From Bacteroidota bacterium (GTDB lineage Bacteria > Bacteroidota > Bacteroidia > AKYH767-A > OLB10): 64,000 nt of DNA. How positions within the stretch are numbered: position 1 is the first letter of the stretch; every line of letters begins with the position of its first letter. The stretch covers positions 7,759 through 71,758 of the forward strand of contig JAHEYP010000018.1 of NCBI GenBank assembly GCA_023251535.1, in the 5' to 3' direction. The position numbers and the translations under genes were made by a program. Shown here piece after piece: positions 18,635 through 28,500 of this stretch. Under the pieces are notes generated by a model. That model was given only the letters and a program-made list of their open reading frames with translations. It was not told the DNA's origin and searched no databases.

Positions 18635-19324
18635 ATGATAGGTTATTTAGTTGTTGTTTATGCAGGATTGGCCCATGCTTTTGAAGCGGATCATTTGATC
18701 GCTGTAAATAGTTTAGTGTCGAGAAGAAATCAGATTAAAGAAGCTGTGATGGATGGTGTCTATTGGGGCCTCGGGCATACCTCAACAATTTTCTTTGTTG
18801 CTATTTTAATGATTGGATTTAAAGTTGTAGTTGGTGAAAATATTTTCAGTTATCTTGAAGGTGTTGTTGGACTCATGCTTGTTTTCTTAGGCGTATCGAG
18901 ACTTCTAAAGTCTTTTAAAAATGCCGATCATAGCCACACCTATTATCATAGCCATGATGGTCATCAAATGCATAGTCATACTTATACGCACAAGCACTGG
19001 TATTTTGTGTCGACGCATAGTCATCCGGTATTAAATAATTACCGAGCTGCATTTAGTGTGGGCTTAGTACATGGATTAGCAGGAAGTGGAGCATTAGTAG
19101 TTATGGTATTAGCACAAATGCAAACTGCTGTTGATGGTTTACTATATATTTTGATCTTTGGATTAGGATCACTTTTAGGAATGTTCTTAGCGTCGGGAAT
19201 ATTTAGCATTCCTTTTAGCAAAGCAATGATGAACCAAGGAAAGATGCAAGTGTTCTTTGTTGTATTATCATCGGTACTTTGCATTGGATACGGATTAAAA
19301 GTAATAATAGAACACTGGCTTTAA
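18635..19324 (+). CDS. NicO/HoxN/RcnA-family nickel (cobalt) transporter with a central His-rich loop
   Basis: The HX4DH signature HAFEADH is present in TM1/2. There are six predicted TM helices. A His-rich cytoplasmic loop NADHSHTYYHSHDGHQMHSHTYTHKHWYFVSTHSHP is encoded at 18926-19024. It is the last gene of the hydrogenase maturation operon. Confidence 0.65.
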   Translation: MIGYLVVVYAGLAHAFEADHLIAVNSLVSRRNQIKEAVMDGVYWGLGHTSTIFFVAILMIGFKVVVGENIFSYLEGVVGLMLVFLGVSRLLKSFKNADHSHTYYHSHDGHQMHSHTYTHKHWYFVSTHSHPVLNNYRAAFSVGLVHGLAGSGALVVMVLAQMQTAVDGLLYILIFGLGSLLGMFLASGIFSIPFSKAMMNQGKMQVFFVVLSSVLCIGYGLKVIIEHWL

Positions 19325-19353
19325 AGGTTAAAAGTAATTGTTGTAAAAGCAAA

Positions 19354-19388
19354 GAAGGCTGTTAAGTAAATCTCAGCAGCCTTCTTTG
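19354..19388. terminator. Bidirectional terminator between the NicO gene (+) and the convergent OmpA-family gene (-)
   Basis: Inverted repeat gaaggctg...cagccttc with a 15-nt loop, flanked by an A-run on the 5' side and a T-run on the 3' side. Confidence 0.6.
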
Positions 19389-19425
19389 TTAGTTAATAAT
19401 TTCAGGATTTAATCCTCAATTATTT

Positions 19426-21579
19426 TTATTTTAAAATACCATTAACGGTAATTTCAGTTCTTCTGTTCAACTGATGCATTTCTTCAGTACAAGGATCATC
19501 ATCACCGCATTTGTTAACCATTACACCTTCTCCGCTCCAGGTAACAGTTCCGATTTGTTGTTTCGGAATGTCACGATCTTGAAGGAATTTCTTAATGGTT
19601 TTAGAACGGTTCTCAGAAAGTCTTTCGTTATACTCTTTTGTTGCACGGCTATCTGTGTGAGAGCTAATGCTGATTTTAACCTGAGGATTCTCTTTCAAGA
19701 AGGCAACTACTTCTTCCATTGTTTCTAATGCATCTGTACGAATGTTGAATTTGTCGAGATCATAGTAAACAATTTTATACCAGTTTTCGAATGGAGATAC
19801 ATCTTTTGCAGGAGTCATTTCAACAGTATATGTTAAGTCTTGAGGTGTTTCTCCCTCTTGGCCTTTCAACATAATTACCTTCGGACGATATCCCGGCATA
19901 CTGATTAAAATTTGCTCGTCTTTTTGTGGAACGATAGCTTGTTTGTAATCACCTGCAAGATCGGTCGAACCTAATGTAGATCCTGTAACTTCATCTTTAA
20001 TTGTAGCACCCGGTAATGGTTGTTTTGTTTCTCCATCAAACACTGAGATTTTCATTGCGAACTCTGATGGCTTACCTAATTCAACACGAACAAAGGCATC
20101 GTTAGGAGTAGATCCTAAGATGGTAAAGTTCATTGTAGTATCACCTAATCCGTTAGCAGCACCTTTAAGAATATACTTAATGTCGAACTCACCAGGGAAA
20201 TCGAATCTTCCGTTTTCACCTGTTGTAAAATTCACAGTATTGTCGTCGGTTTTTAATTCGATGCGTGCTTCTTTAACAGGATTTCCTGTTTCTTTATCTA
20301 CTACGATACCTTTGATACGTAATGATTTTTTCTTGAATGTATATAAGTCATCATCGAATCCTCTGTTAGCTCTGTTTGAACTTAAATATCCGATTTTGTT
20401 TTTCATATCGTACACCATTCCGAAATCATCATCAGGTGTATTTAATGGATAACCTACGTTAACAGGAATTAAATAACGATTTCCTAAATCACGAGTATAG
20501 AATATATCTAATCCACCAATTCCTGGATGACCATCAGAAGAGAAATACAAAGTACCATCATCCATCACATTCGGGAACATGTCATTTCCTTTTGTGTTTA
20601 CCGTATCACCGAGGTTAATCGGACGTCCCCAGCTAGTGCCAGTTCTTTCGCACATGTAAATATCCATACCGCCTTTTCCTCCTGGCATATCGCTTGAAAA
20701 ATACAAACGTTTGCCATCAGGTGATAGGGCAGGGTGAGCACAATTGTATTCGTCGTTGTTAAATTGGAATGGCTCTAATTTCGACCAATCGTTTCCATTG
20801 CCTTTTGCAGTGAAAAGTTTCAGTTTAACAACTTTCTCTTTGCTTTTATGAACTTTTGATCCTTCGATATTATTACGCGTAATCCATACTTCGTCGCCTT
20901 TTTTGCTGAAGCAAACAGGACCATCATTGTATTTCGTCTGTAATGAATTATTGAATAATTCAGGATCTCTAAATTGAGTTTCTTTACCACGAGAGTAGTA
21001 TAAATTCAAGAAAGGTTGTCCTGTCCATGCATGCGTGCGTTCGATAGTTTCATGTTCTTTTCTTGAAGAAGCGAACACGATACCGTCTTGGTACAATGCA
21101 GCACCGAAATCAGCATTCTCTGAGTTGATGCCTAACTTTGTTACAACAAAGTTTGTTGAATCGGCAAAGAAACTTTCGTACATATCAATAGCACGAGTGA
21201 ATGCTTGTCCGCGGCCGTCTTTTGTATTGTCGACAACGAAGTCTTCCATCCATTTTCTTGCTTTAGCGTACTTGCCATTGTTCATCAATGACTGTCCGTA
21301 ATAGAATTTATAGATAGGAAGAGCTCCCGGGAATTGAACTGCTTTCTCTAACCAATGTTCCGACATAAGACGGTTATTGGTTAAACGATAACAATCAGCG
21401 AGTCGGAATGTCGCTTCTTGCAAAGTGCTGTCTTTCTTCAGCGCTTTAGTATAGTAAGGAATTGCTTCGGCATAAGCCATTTGCTTGTAGAATGCATCTC
21501 CTTTGCGAACTAGCGCTTTTTGTGCGTAGATGTTAACAGACAGTAAGCAGATTAAAAAGCAAATCAGTGACTTTTTCAT
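19426..21579 (-). CDS. OmpA-family outer-membrane protein with PorE-like architecture (TPR - beta-propeller - carboxypeptidase-regulatory-like - OmpA_C)
   Basis: 717 aa with a signal peptide and TPR-like helices (GDAFYKQMAYAEAIPYYTKALKK). TolB/WD40-like propeller blades are present (DGKRLYFSSDMPGGKGGMDIYM). A CRD-like beta-sandwich follows (IKGIVVDKETGNPVKEARIEL). The C-terminal OmpA peptidoglycan-binding motif is ISSHTDSRATKEYNERLSENR...NRRTEI. Confidence 0.75.
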   Translation of the reverse strand: MKKSLICFLICLLSVNIYAQKALVRKGDAFYKQMAYAEAIPYYTKALKKDSTLQEATFRLADCYRLTNNRLMSEHWLEKAVQFPGALPIYKFYYGQSLMNNGKYAKARKWMEDFVVDNTKDGRGQAFTRAIDMYESFFADSTNFVVTKLGINSENADFGAALYQDGIVFASSRKEHETIERTHAWTGQPFLNLYYSRGKETQFRDPELFNNSLQTKYNDGPVCFSKKGDEVWITRNNIEGSKVHKSKEKVVKLKLFTAKGNGNDWSKLEPFQFNNDEYNCAHPALSPDGKRLYFSSDMPGGKGGMDIYMCERTGTSWGRPINLGDTVNTKGNDMFPNVMDDGTLYFSSDGHPGIGGLDIFYTRDLGNRYLIPVNVGYPLNTPDDDFGMVYDMKNKIGYLSSNRANRGFDDDLYTFKKKSLRIKGIVVDKETGNPVKEARIELKTDDNTVNFTTGENGRFDFPGEFDIKYILKGAANGLGDTTMNFTILGSTPNDAFVRVELGKPSEFAMKISVFDGETKQPLPGATIKDEVTGSTLGSTDLAGDYKQAIVPQKDEQILISMPGYRPKVIMLKGQEGETPQDLTYTVEMTPAKDVSPFENWYKIVYYDLDKFNIRTDALETMEEVVAFLKENPQVKISISSHTDSRATKEYNERLSENRSKTIKKFLQDRDIPKQQIGTVTWSGEGVMVNKCGDDDPCTEEMHQLNRRTEITVNGILK

Positions 21580-21604
21580 AACGTTGGTAGTTTGAATAAA
21601 TAGA

Positions 21605-22594
21605 TCAGAAATAACGAGGTGTAACGATTTTGTTTTTCACAAACGAGAAGTCGTAACCAAGTGTAATTTCATGTGAACCCGAGTTGTATTGTTTCAGGTC
21701 GGTAATTGTATTGTCGAATGAATATCCGATGCGTAATTGTTTGTTTAACTGAATCGACATAATTGCCGACCATGAATCACCGGTTCTATAAGAACCGCCT
21801 AACCATATTGTTTCATTAAACAATGCATGAACACCTAAATCGGCTTCGATAGGAGCACCTGAAACTGATTTTACCATGAATGTTGGTTTCAGTTTAATCA
21901 TATCATTAATAGGGAATACATATCCTCCCATTAAATAATAATGCCAGTATTGCATCTCTACAGTATTCTTTCCTTTTCCTGTATTTGCATCAACTTTGTT
22001 TTGTAGCAAACGAGGAATTGATAATCCTACATAGAAATTTTTACTGTAGTAATATGTTCCAAATCCTGAATTAGGCACGGTTAATTTTGGTGTTCCCATG
22101 AAAGAGTTGTCGCCTTGATCTTGTGTTTTAACATCCAGTAATTTCTCCTGGTGGTTAATTAATCCGGCTTGGATACCCATTGAAAAGAATCCATTTTTCA
22201 TTGGAATGCGGTAAGCATAGTTTCCGAAGAAACTTAAGTCATGCGTTACACCGATTTCTTCATTCATTACAGAGAGACCAACACCGAATTTTTCGTTCTT
22301 CAGTGCGGTGTGCCCGCTGAATGTTTGCGTTTTAGGGGCTCCGTCAATACCAACCCATTGGTTACGATAGAGCGCAGTTAGTGAAGCGTGTTCGCGAGAA
22401 CCGGCATACGCAGGATTAATAAACATTTCATTAAACATGTACTGCGTAAATTGCGGCTCAAATTGCGCCTGAACCTGCATGCTTGTTATAAACAAAGCCG
22501 CAAACAGCACTAACTTCTTTTGGTAATATTTAGTCAACCTTTTCATTGTTTGAACTGAGGTTATATGTTTTAACTTTTTAGATGCTTGTTTCAT
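21605..22594 (-). CDS. PorP/SprF-family T9SS membrane protein, cognate of the adjacent type-B cargo
   Basis: QFEPQFTQYMFNEMFINPAYAGS...YRNQWVGIDGAPKT family motif. The start abuts the adhesin stop codon with no gap. Confidence 0.85.
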   Translation of the reverse strand: MKQASKKLKHITSVQTMKRLTKYYQKKLVLFAALFITSMQVQAQFEPQFTQYMFNEMFINPAYAGSREHASLTALYRNQWVGIDGAPKTQTFSGHTALKNEKFGVGLSVMNEEIGVTHDLSFFGNYAYRIPMKNGFFSMGIQAGLINHQEKLLDVKTQDQGDNSFMGTPKLTVPNSGFGTYYYSKNFYVGLSIPRLLQNKVDANTGKGKNTVEMQYWHYYLMGGYVFPINDMIKLKPTFMVKSVSGAPIEADLGVHALFNETIWLGGSYRTGDSWSAIMSIQLNKQLRIGYSFDNTITDLKQYNSGSHEITLGYDFSFVKNKIVTPRYF

Positions 22595-25500
22595 TTATCG
22601 ACGGATCACAACGAAGCCGTTTACCGGTTTTTCGTCAATGTTTAAATTTAAGATGAAATAGTACGTTCCGTTAGGTAATTCTTGTCCATACATTACACCG
22701 TTAACATTCGAGCGACCTTCCCATTTGTTGTCGTAATCTTTTTGTTTGTAAACTAGATTACCCCAACGATTGTACACGAATAATACGTTGCCTGGATAAC
22801 CATCGATACCATCAATTACGAAGTAATCGTTAGTGCCATCGTGGTTAGGGGAGAATCCGTTAGGGATATCAAGGGTGTCGCACATTACAGTCACGTTTAC
22901 TGTTGCAGTTGCAGTACATCCGTACTGATCTTTAACTGTAACTGTGTATGCAGTTGTATGTACTGGTGAAGCAATCGGATCAGGAATAGTAGTGTGATCA
23001 AGACCTGTTACTGGCGACCAACTATAATCCATTCCACCGCTTGCATGTAGCTGTACGCTTTCTCCGCCGCAGATGATAACATCGTTATTTACGGATACAT
23101 TATTCAAAGATCTTACAATTACCTCTATAGGATTTGATGTATATGTTCCGCAAGAAGTAGTTACCGTCATTGTGTAAATTCCGGCTACAGGAGTAGTAAA
23201 GTTTGGTGCGTCTGTTCCATTCAATGCTGTTCCGTTATAGAACCATTGGTAAGTTGCACCTTGGATGCTATCACCATAGATTGTAAGCATAGTGCCCATA
23301 CAAATTTCAGGTGCTCCAGTAGTATGAATAGCGATATTGGTGATATCTGTAACCGTTGCTGATTTCGTGATTTGACAACCTGCTGCATCTGTAATGGTAA
23401 CTGTATATGTTCCCGGTGCTGCATTAGTTAAATTTTGAGTCGTAGCTCCTGTATTCCATACGTACGAATAAGGTGCTGTTCCGCCAGTTGAAGCAATTGT
23501 AATGGATCCCATTTGAGTTCCTGTACAATTTGCTGCAGTTGCAGTAGCAGTAGCAGAAATTGCTGATGTTGGTTGTTGCAATGCCGTTGATTGAGTAGAG
23601 CTACATCCGTTAGCATCAGTAACTGTTACCGTATAATTTCCGGCTCCGATATTACTTAAATTGTCAGCCGTGCTTCCGTTATTCCATAAGTAAGTATAAG
23701 GACCAGTTCCTCCGTTAATTTGTAAGTTGATTGCTCCATTTTGCATTCCGAAGCATCCTACAGGAGTGTTCGTTGCTCCGATGAATAAGCTTACAGAAGG
23801 TTCAGTAATTGTAACAGTATTGTTATTTGTACAACCATTTTGATCCATGATAACAACAGAATAAGTTCCTGCGCCAACATTTGTTAAATCTTGAGTCGAT
23901 TGTCCATTACTCCATTGGTAAGTATAGTTTCCTAAACCTCCAGCAACAGTAAGATCAATATTAGCAGTTTGATCGCCATGGCAATTTACGTTTGTATTAG
24001 TAACTGTAGACGAAACTGCTGCTACTGGTTGAGAAACACTCACTGCTTGAGAGAATGTACAACCGTTCGCATCGGTGATAGTTAAATTATATGTTCCTGC
24101 AGCTAAGTTTGTGATATCTGCTGTTGCAGCTCCAGTATTCCAATTATAAGTATAAGGTGCAGTTCCACCTGATGGTACAGTATGAATAATACCTGTGCTT
24201 CCTCCAAAACATGCAACATCTTGAACAAGATAAGTTGTTCCTAGAGTAGCAGAAGGTTGTTGAATAGAAGCTGTTGATGAATAAGTACATCCGTTTGCAT
24301 CAGTAATTGTAACAGTATAGTTACCCGCACCAACATTGCTTAAAGTAGATGTTGTTGCTCCTGTATTCCAGCTATAGGTATAAGGAGAAGTTCCACCAGA
24401 AGTAGAAACTGAAATACTTCCTGTTGTTGCTGCGAAGCAATTTACATTAGTAGTAGATGTTCCTGATGTTAAAGCTTGAGCTGGTTCGTTTACGATGTAA
24501 ACAGAAGTTGATGTACAACCATTTGCATCAGTGATTAGAACAGAATAATTTCCTGCTGCTAATGATTGAAGGTTTTGAGTTGTTTCACCATTGTTCCAGC
24601 TATATGAATAAGGAGAAGTTCCTCCTGATGCATTTACGATTATTGCTCCGTTAGTTGATGCAAAGCATCCTGCATTAGTAACAGCGCCTTGTTGCGATAA
24701 AGCAGCAGCAGGTTGTTGAATTGCGTATGTCTTGTTGAATTTACATCCGTTAGCATCAGTAACGATTACTGCGTAGTTGCCTGAACTTATATTGCTGATA
24801 TCTTCAGAAGAAGCACCGTTATCCCATGCATAGTTGTATGGAGATGTTCCGCCGCTTACTGTTAAGTCGATTGATCCTGTGTTATCACCGAAACAATTTA
24901 CTTGAGTGTTTGAAGAAGTAAGTGCTAAAGCTGCCGCTGGTTCATTAATTGTAATCGTACCTGATACTGTGCATTGATTTGCATCTGTAACTGTATATTG
25001 ATATGATCCTGCCGGAATATTTCCTAATAAATTTCCAGTTGATCCAGTTCCCCATACAATAGTATAAGGTTGAGTACCACCTGAAGGTTGTAAGTCGATA
25101 TTTCCAGTGCTATTTCCATTACAATCAACTGCAGTTGTTAAAGGCGATACAGCCAATGCCGCAGCAGGTTGAGTTAATGTGAACGATTGAGTTAATTGAC
25201 ATCCGTTAGCATCTGTTACTGTTAAATTGTAAGTTCCTTCTGCTAATCCACTGATGTTTGAAGTAGTTTCACCGTTGTTCCATGCATAAGTGTATGGTGC
25301 AGTTCCTCCTGTTATAGTAACGTTTATTGATCCGCTATTATCATTGAAGCAACCGATGTTTTGAGCTTCTGCTTCTAAAGAAAGAGGAGCTTGTGGTTGG
25401 TCAACATTTGCTGAAGCTGAGGTTGTGCAACCATTCGCATCAGTAATGTTTACTGAATATGAACCTGTGGCTAGAGCCGATAAATCTTCTGTAGTGGCAC

Positions 25501-28500
25501 CGTTATTCCATGTGAAATTGAATGGTGCTGTTCCGCCTGTAACTGTTAAGTCTAGTGCTCCTGTTGATTCACCATAGCATAGTACTGCAGTTGATGAAAT
25601 AGTTCCTGCTAAAGCAGATTCAGGTTGTGTAACATGGTATTGATTTATCAATAGACATCCGTTTGCATCTGTAATAGTGATGGTAAAGTTGCCTGCTGAT
25701 AAATTCGATAAATCTTCAACTGTTTCGCCTGAACTCCATTGGAATGTATAAGGAGCAGTTCCTGATGTTGTTGTTACGTCAATTGCACCATTGTTTCCTC
25801 CAAAGCAATTGATGTTTGTTGCAGTTCCTGAACTTGTTAAATATCCTGATGGTTGAGTGATTGTTGCCGATACACTTGCAGTACATCCGTTTTGATCAGT
25901 TACTGTTAGTGTGTATGTCCCTTCAGGTAAATATGTGTTTTCAGCTGTTGTTGTTCCGTTACTCCAAAGGTATGTATAAGGAGCAGTACCACCTGCAGCA
26001 ATTGCATTGATAGCTCCTGCGCCGTTTCCTAAGCAGTTGATGTTTTGATGTGTTTCAGTAACTGAAAGTGGAGTTGAAGGCTCTGTTAAAGTAGCACTTT
26101 GTGTAAAGCTACATCCGTTAGCATCTGTTACTGTTACAGTATATGTTCCTGCAACTAATGAGTTGTTGTCGGCAGCGGTTGTTCCATTGCTCCAGTTATA
26201 TGCGTAAGGAGTTGTTCCTCCAGTTACAGCTAATGAGATGCTTCCTGAGTTCGTATTATTACATGCAACATTTGTTGATGTTAATGTTCCAGTTAATTCC
26301 GCACTTGGTTGTGATATAAATTTACTTCCTGTAGTGCTGCATCCGTTGGCATCTGTAATTGTTACATTATAATTTCCATTATTAATGTCGGATAAATTTG
26401 GCGAACTTGATCCATTGCTCCAAGCATAGGTGTAAGGTGTTGTTCCTCCCGACACTTGAGTTGAAATTGATCCGTTTCCTAAGTTATAACAGCTCACATC
26501 AGTTGATGTGATCGCTAATGAAAGAGCTGCAGCAGGTTGCGTTAATGTTGTTGAATTCGTTAACTGACATCCGTTTTGATCTGTTACTGTTACAGTATAG
26601 ATTCCACTTCCGATATTTGTTAATTGTGATGTTGTTGCACCTGTATTCCACTGATAGTTGTAAGGTGTAGTTCCTCCGGTTGCAGTTATTCCTGCGACTC
26701 CGGTTTGGTCTCCATTACAATTTATGTTTGTTGAGTTCATGCTGCCGCTTAACGACGCTGAAGGTTCAGAAATATTAACTGTTAGTGTAGCGCTACATCC
26801 ATTTGCATCGGTAGTTGTAATTGTATATGTTCCTGCCGCAATATTCGATAATGATGGAGTAGTAGCACCTGAATTCCATAAGTAGGTATATGGTGTAGTT
26901 CCTCCTGTTGTTGTAGTGTTAATACTTCCGGTTAAATCTCCGTGACATTTAACGTCAGTTGATGTAGATGAAATTGCTAATGCAGCTAATGGTTGTGTAA
27001 TAGTAATTGCAGCTGTTTTTGTGCAATTGTGGCTATCCGTTACCGTTAGTGTATATGTTCCTGCAGATAAATTGGAGATGTCGGCAGTAGTAGCGCCGTT
27101 ACTCCAAGAATATGTATACGGTGCCGTTCCTCCAGTTGTATTGCTGGTAATGTTTCCTGTAGGAATTCCATTACATAAAATATCAGTTTTGCTTAACGTG
27201 CATGAAATAGTAGCAGTTGGTTGTGCAATACTTGCGGATGCTGTTGTAGTACATCCATTCGCATCAGTAATTGTAACTGAATAATTTCCTGCGGCTGTAT
27301 TACTTAGATTTTGTGTACTCGCTCCGTTATTCCACGAATATGATATCGGTGCAGTTCCTCCTGTGACATTTACATTTACACTTCCTGTATTTTGTCCGAA
27401 GCATGCTGCATCTGTCGCAGTTGCTGTCGCTGAAATAGCATATGAGTTATTTAACGTTGCAGTTAAACTTTTTGTACAACTATTTCCATCCGTCACGGTA
27501 ACTGTATAAGTTCCGGCACCAACAAGTGAAATGTCTTGTGTAGTTGCTCCATTGCTCCATGAATAACTATATGGTGCAACTCCTCCTGTTACTGAAAGAT
27601 CTACTGATCCATTGTTGACATTGCCACACGAAGGATTTACTTGCGTATTGGTTAATGTCATTCCCGATGGTTCTGTAATCGTTACCGATTTAGTTGCACT
27701 ACATCCGCTAATATCTGTTGCAGTTACTGAATATGTGCCTGCAGCAAGATTGCTTAATGAAGTTGATGTTGATCCTGTATTCCAGAGGTAAGTATAATTT
27801 CCAGAGTAAACTGGAGTAGCTGTTGCAGTTCCTGTTGTGTATCCGTTACAACTAATGTTTGTTGATGTTAAGTTGAAAAATGGACTTGGGACATATATGT
27901 TGAAAGAGTATGTTTGAATTCCATTATTCGGACACGCATTGTCTCTTACTGTTACCGTAAATGTTTTAGGATTAAGATCAATGTCAGCATTGGTTGGTGT
28001 CCAGCAGAATGTTAATGTCGGGCGATTTCCTCCGCTAATAGTATAGGTAGCTCCTGGTATACCGTTATTCGTTGTCATAGATACAACTTGCGATGCGTCT
28101 AAATCTGCCGAGTTAACTGTAAAGCAATATGATTGTCCCGGACAAATTGTAGCGCTGAAGTTATTTCCTCCATTGATACCGCTTATTGTTGGTAAGTTGT
28201 TATTACATGTTTGCGTGTAAATCTGCATATCGCGAATTACACTTCCAATTAATTGTCCATTGCGATATTCTTTTACACGAATTGCCATCACTCCAATTTG
28301 AATTTGACTAGGTGTGAAGTTGAAATCACCCGTAACACTGTTAAGTGAAAAAGGAGTTGATGAAGCTATTGGAGTTGTTACACTTGCTGGCGAAATAAAG
28401 GAAACGTTTGATGTTGCACTTGTTTTTGGTGCAATCAATTCGTACTTCAGTGAATCACCATCGATGTCAATTACTCCATGGTTGTAGTTGAACGATTGTC

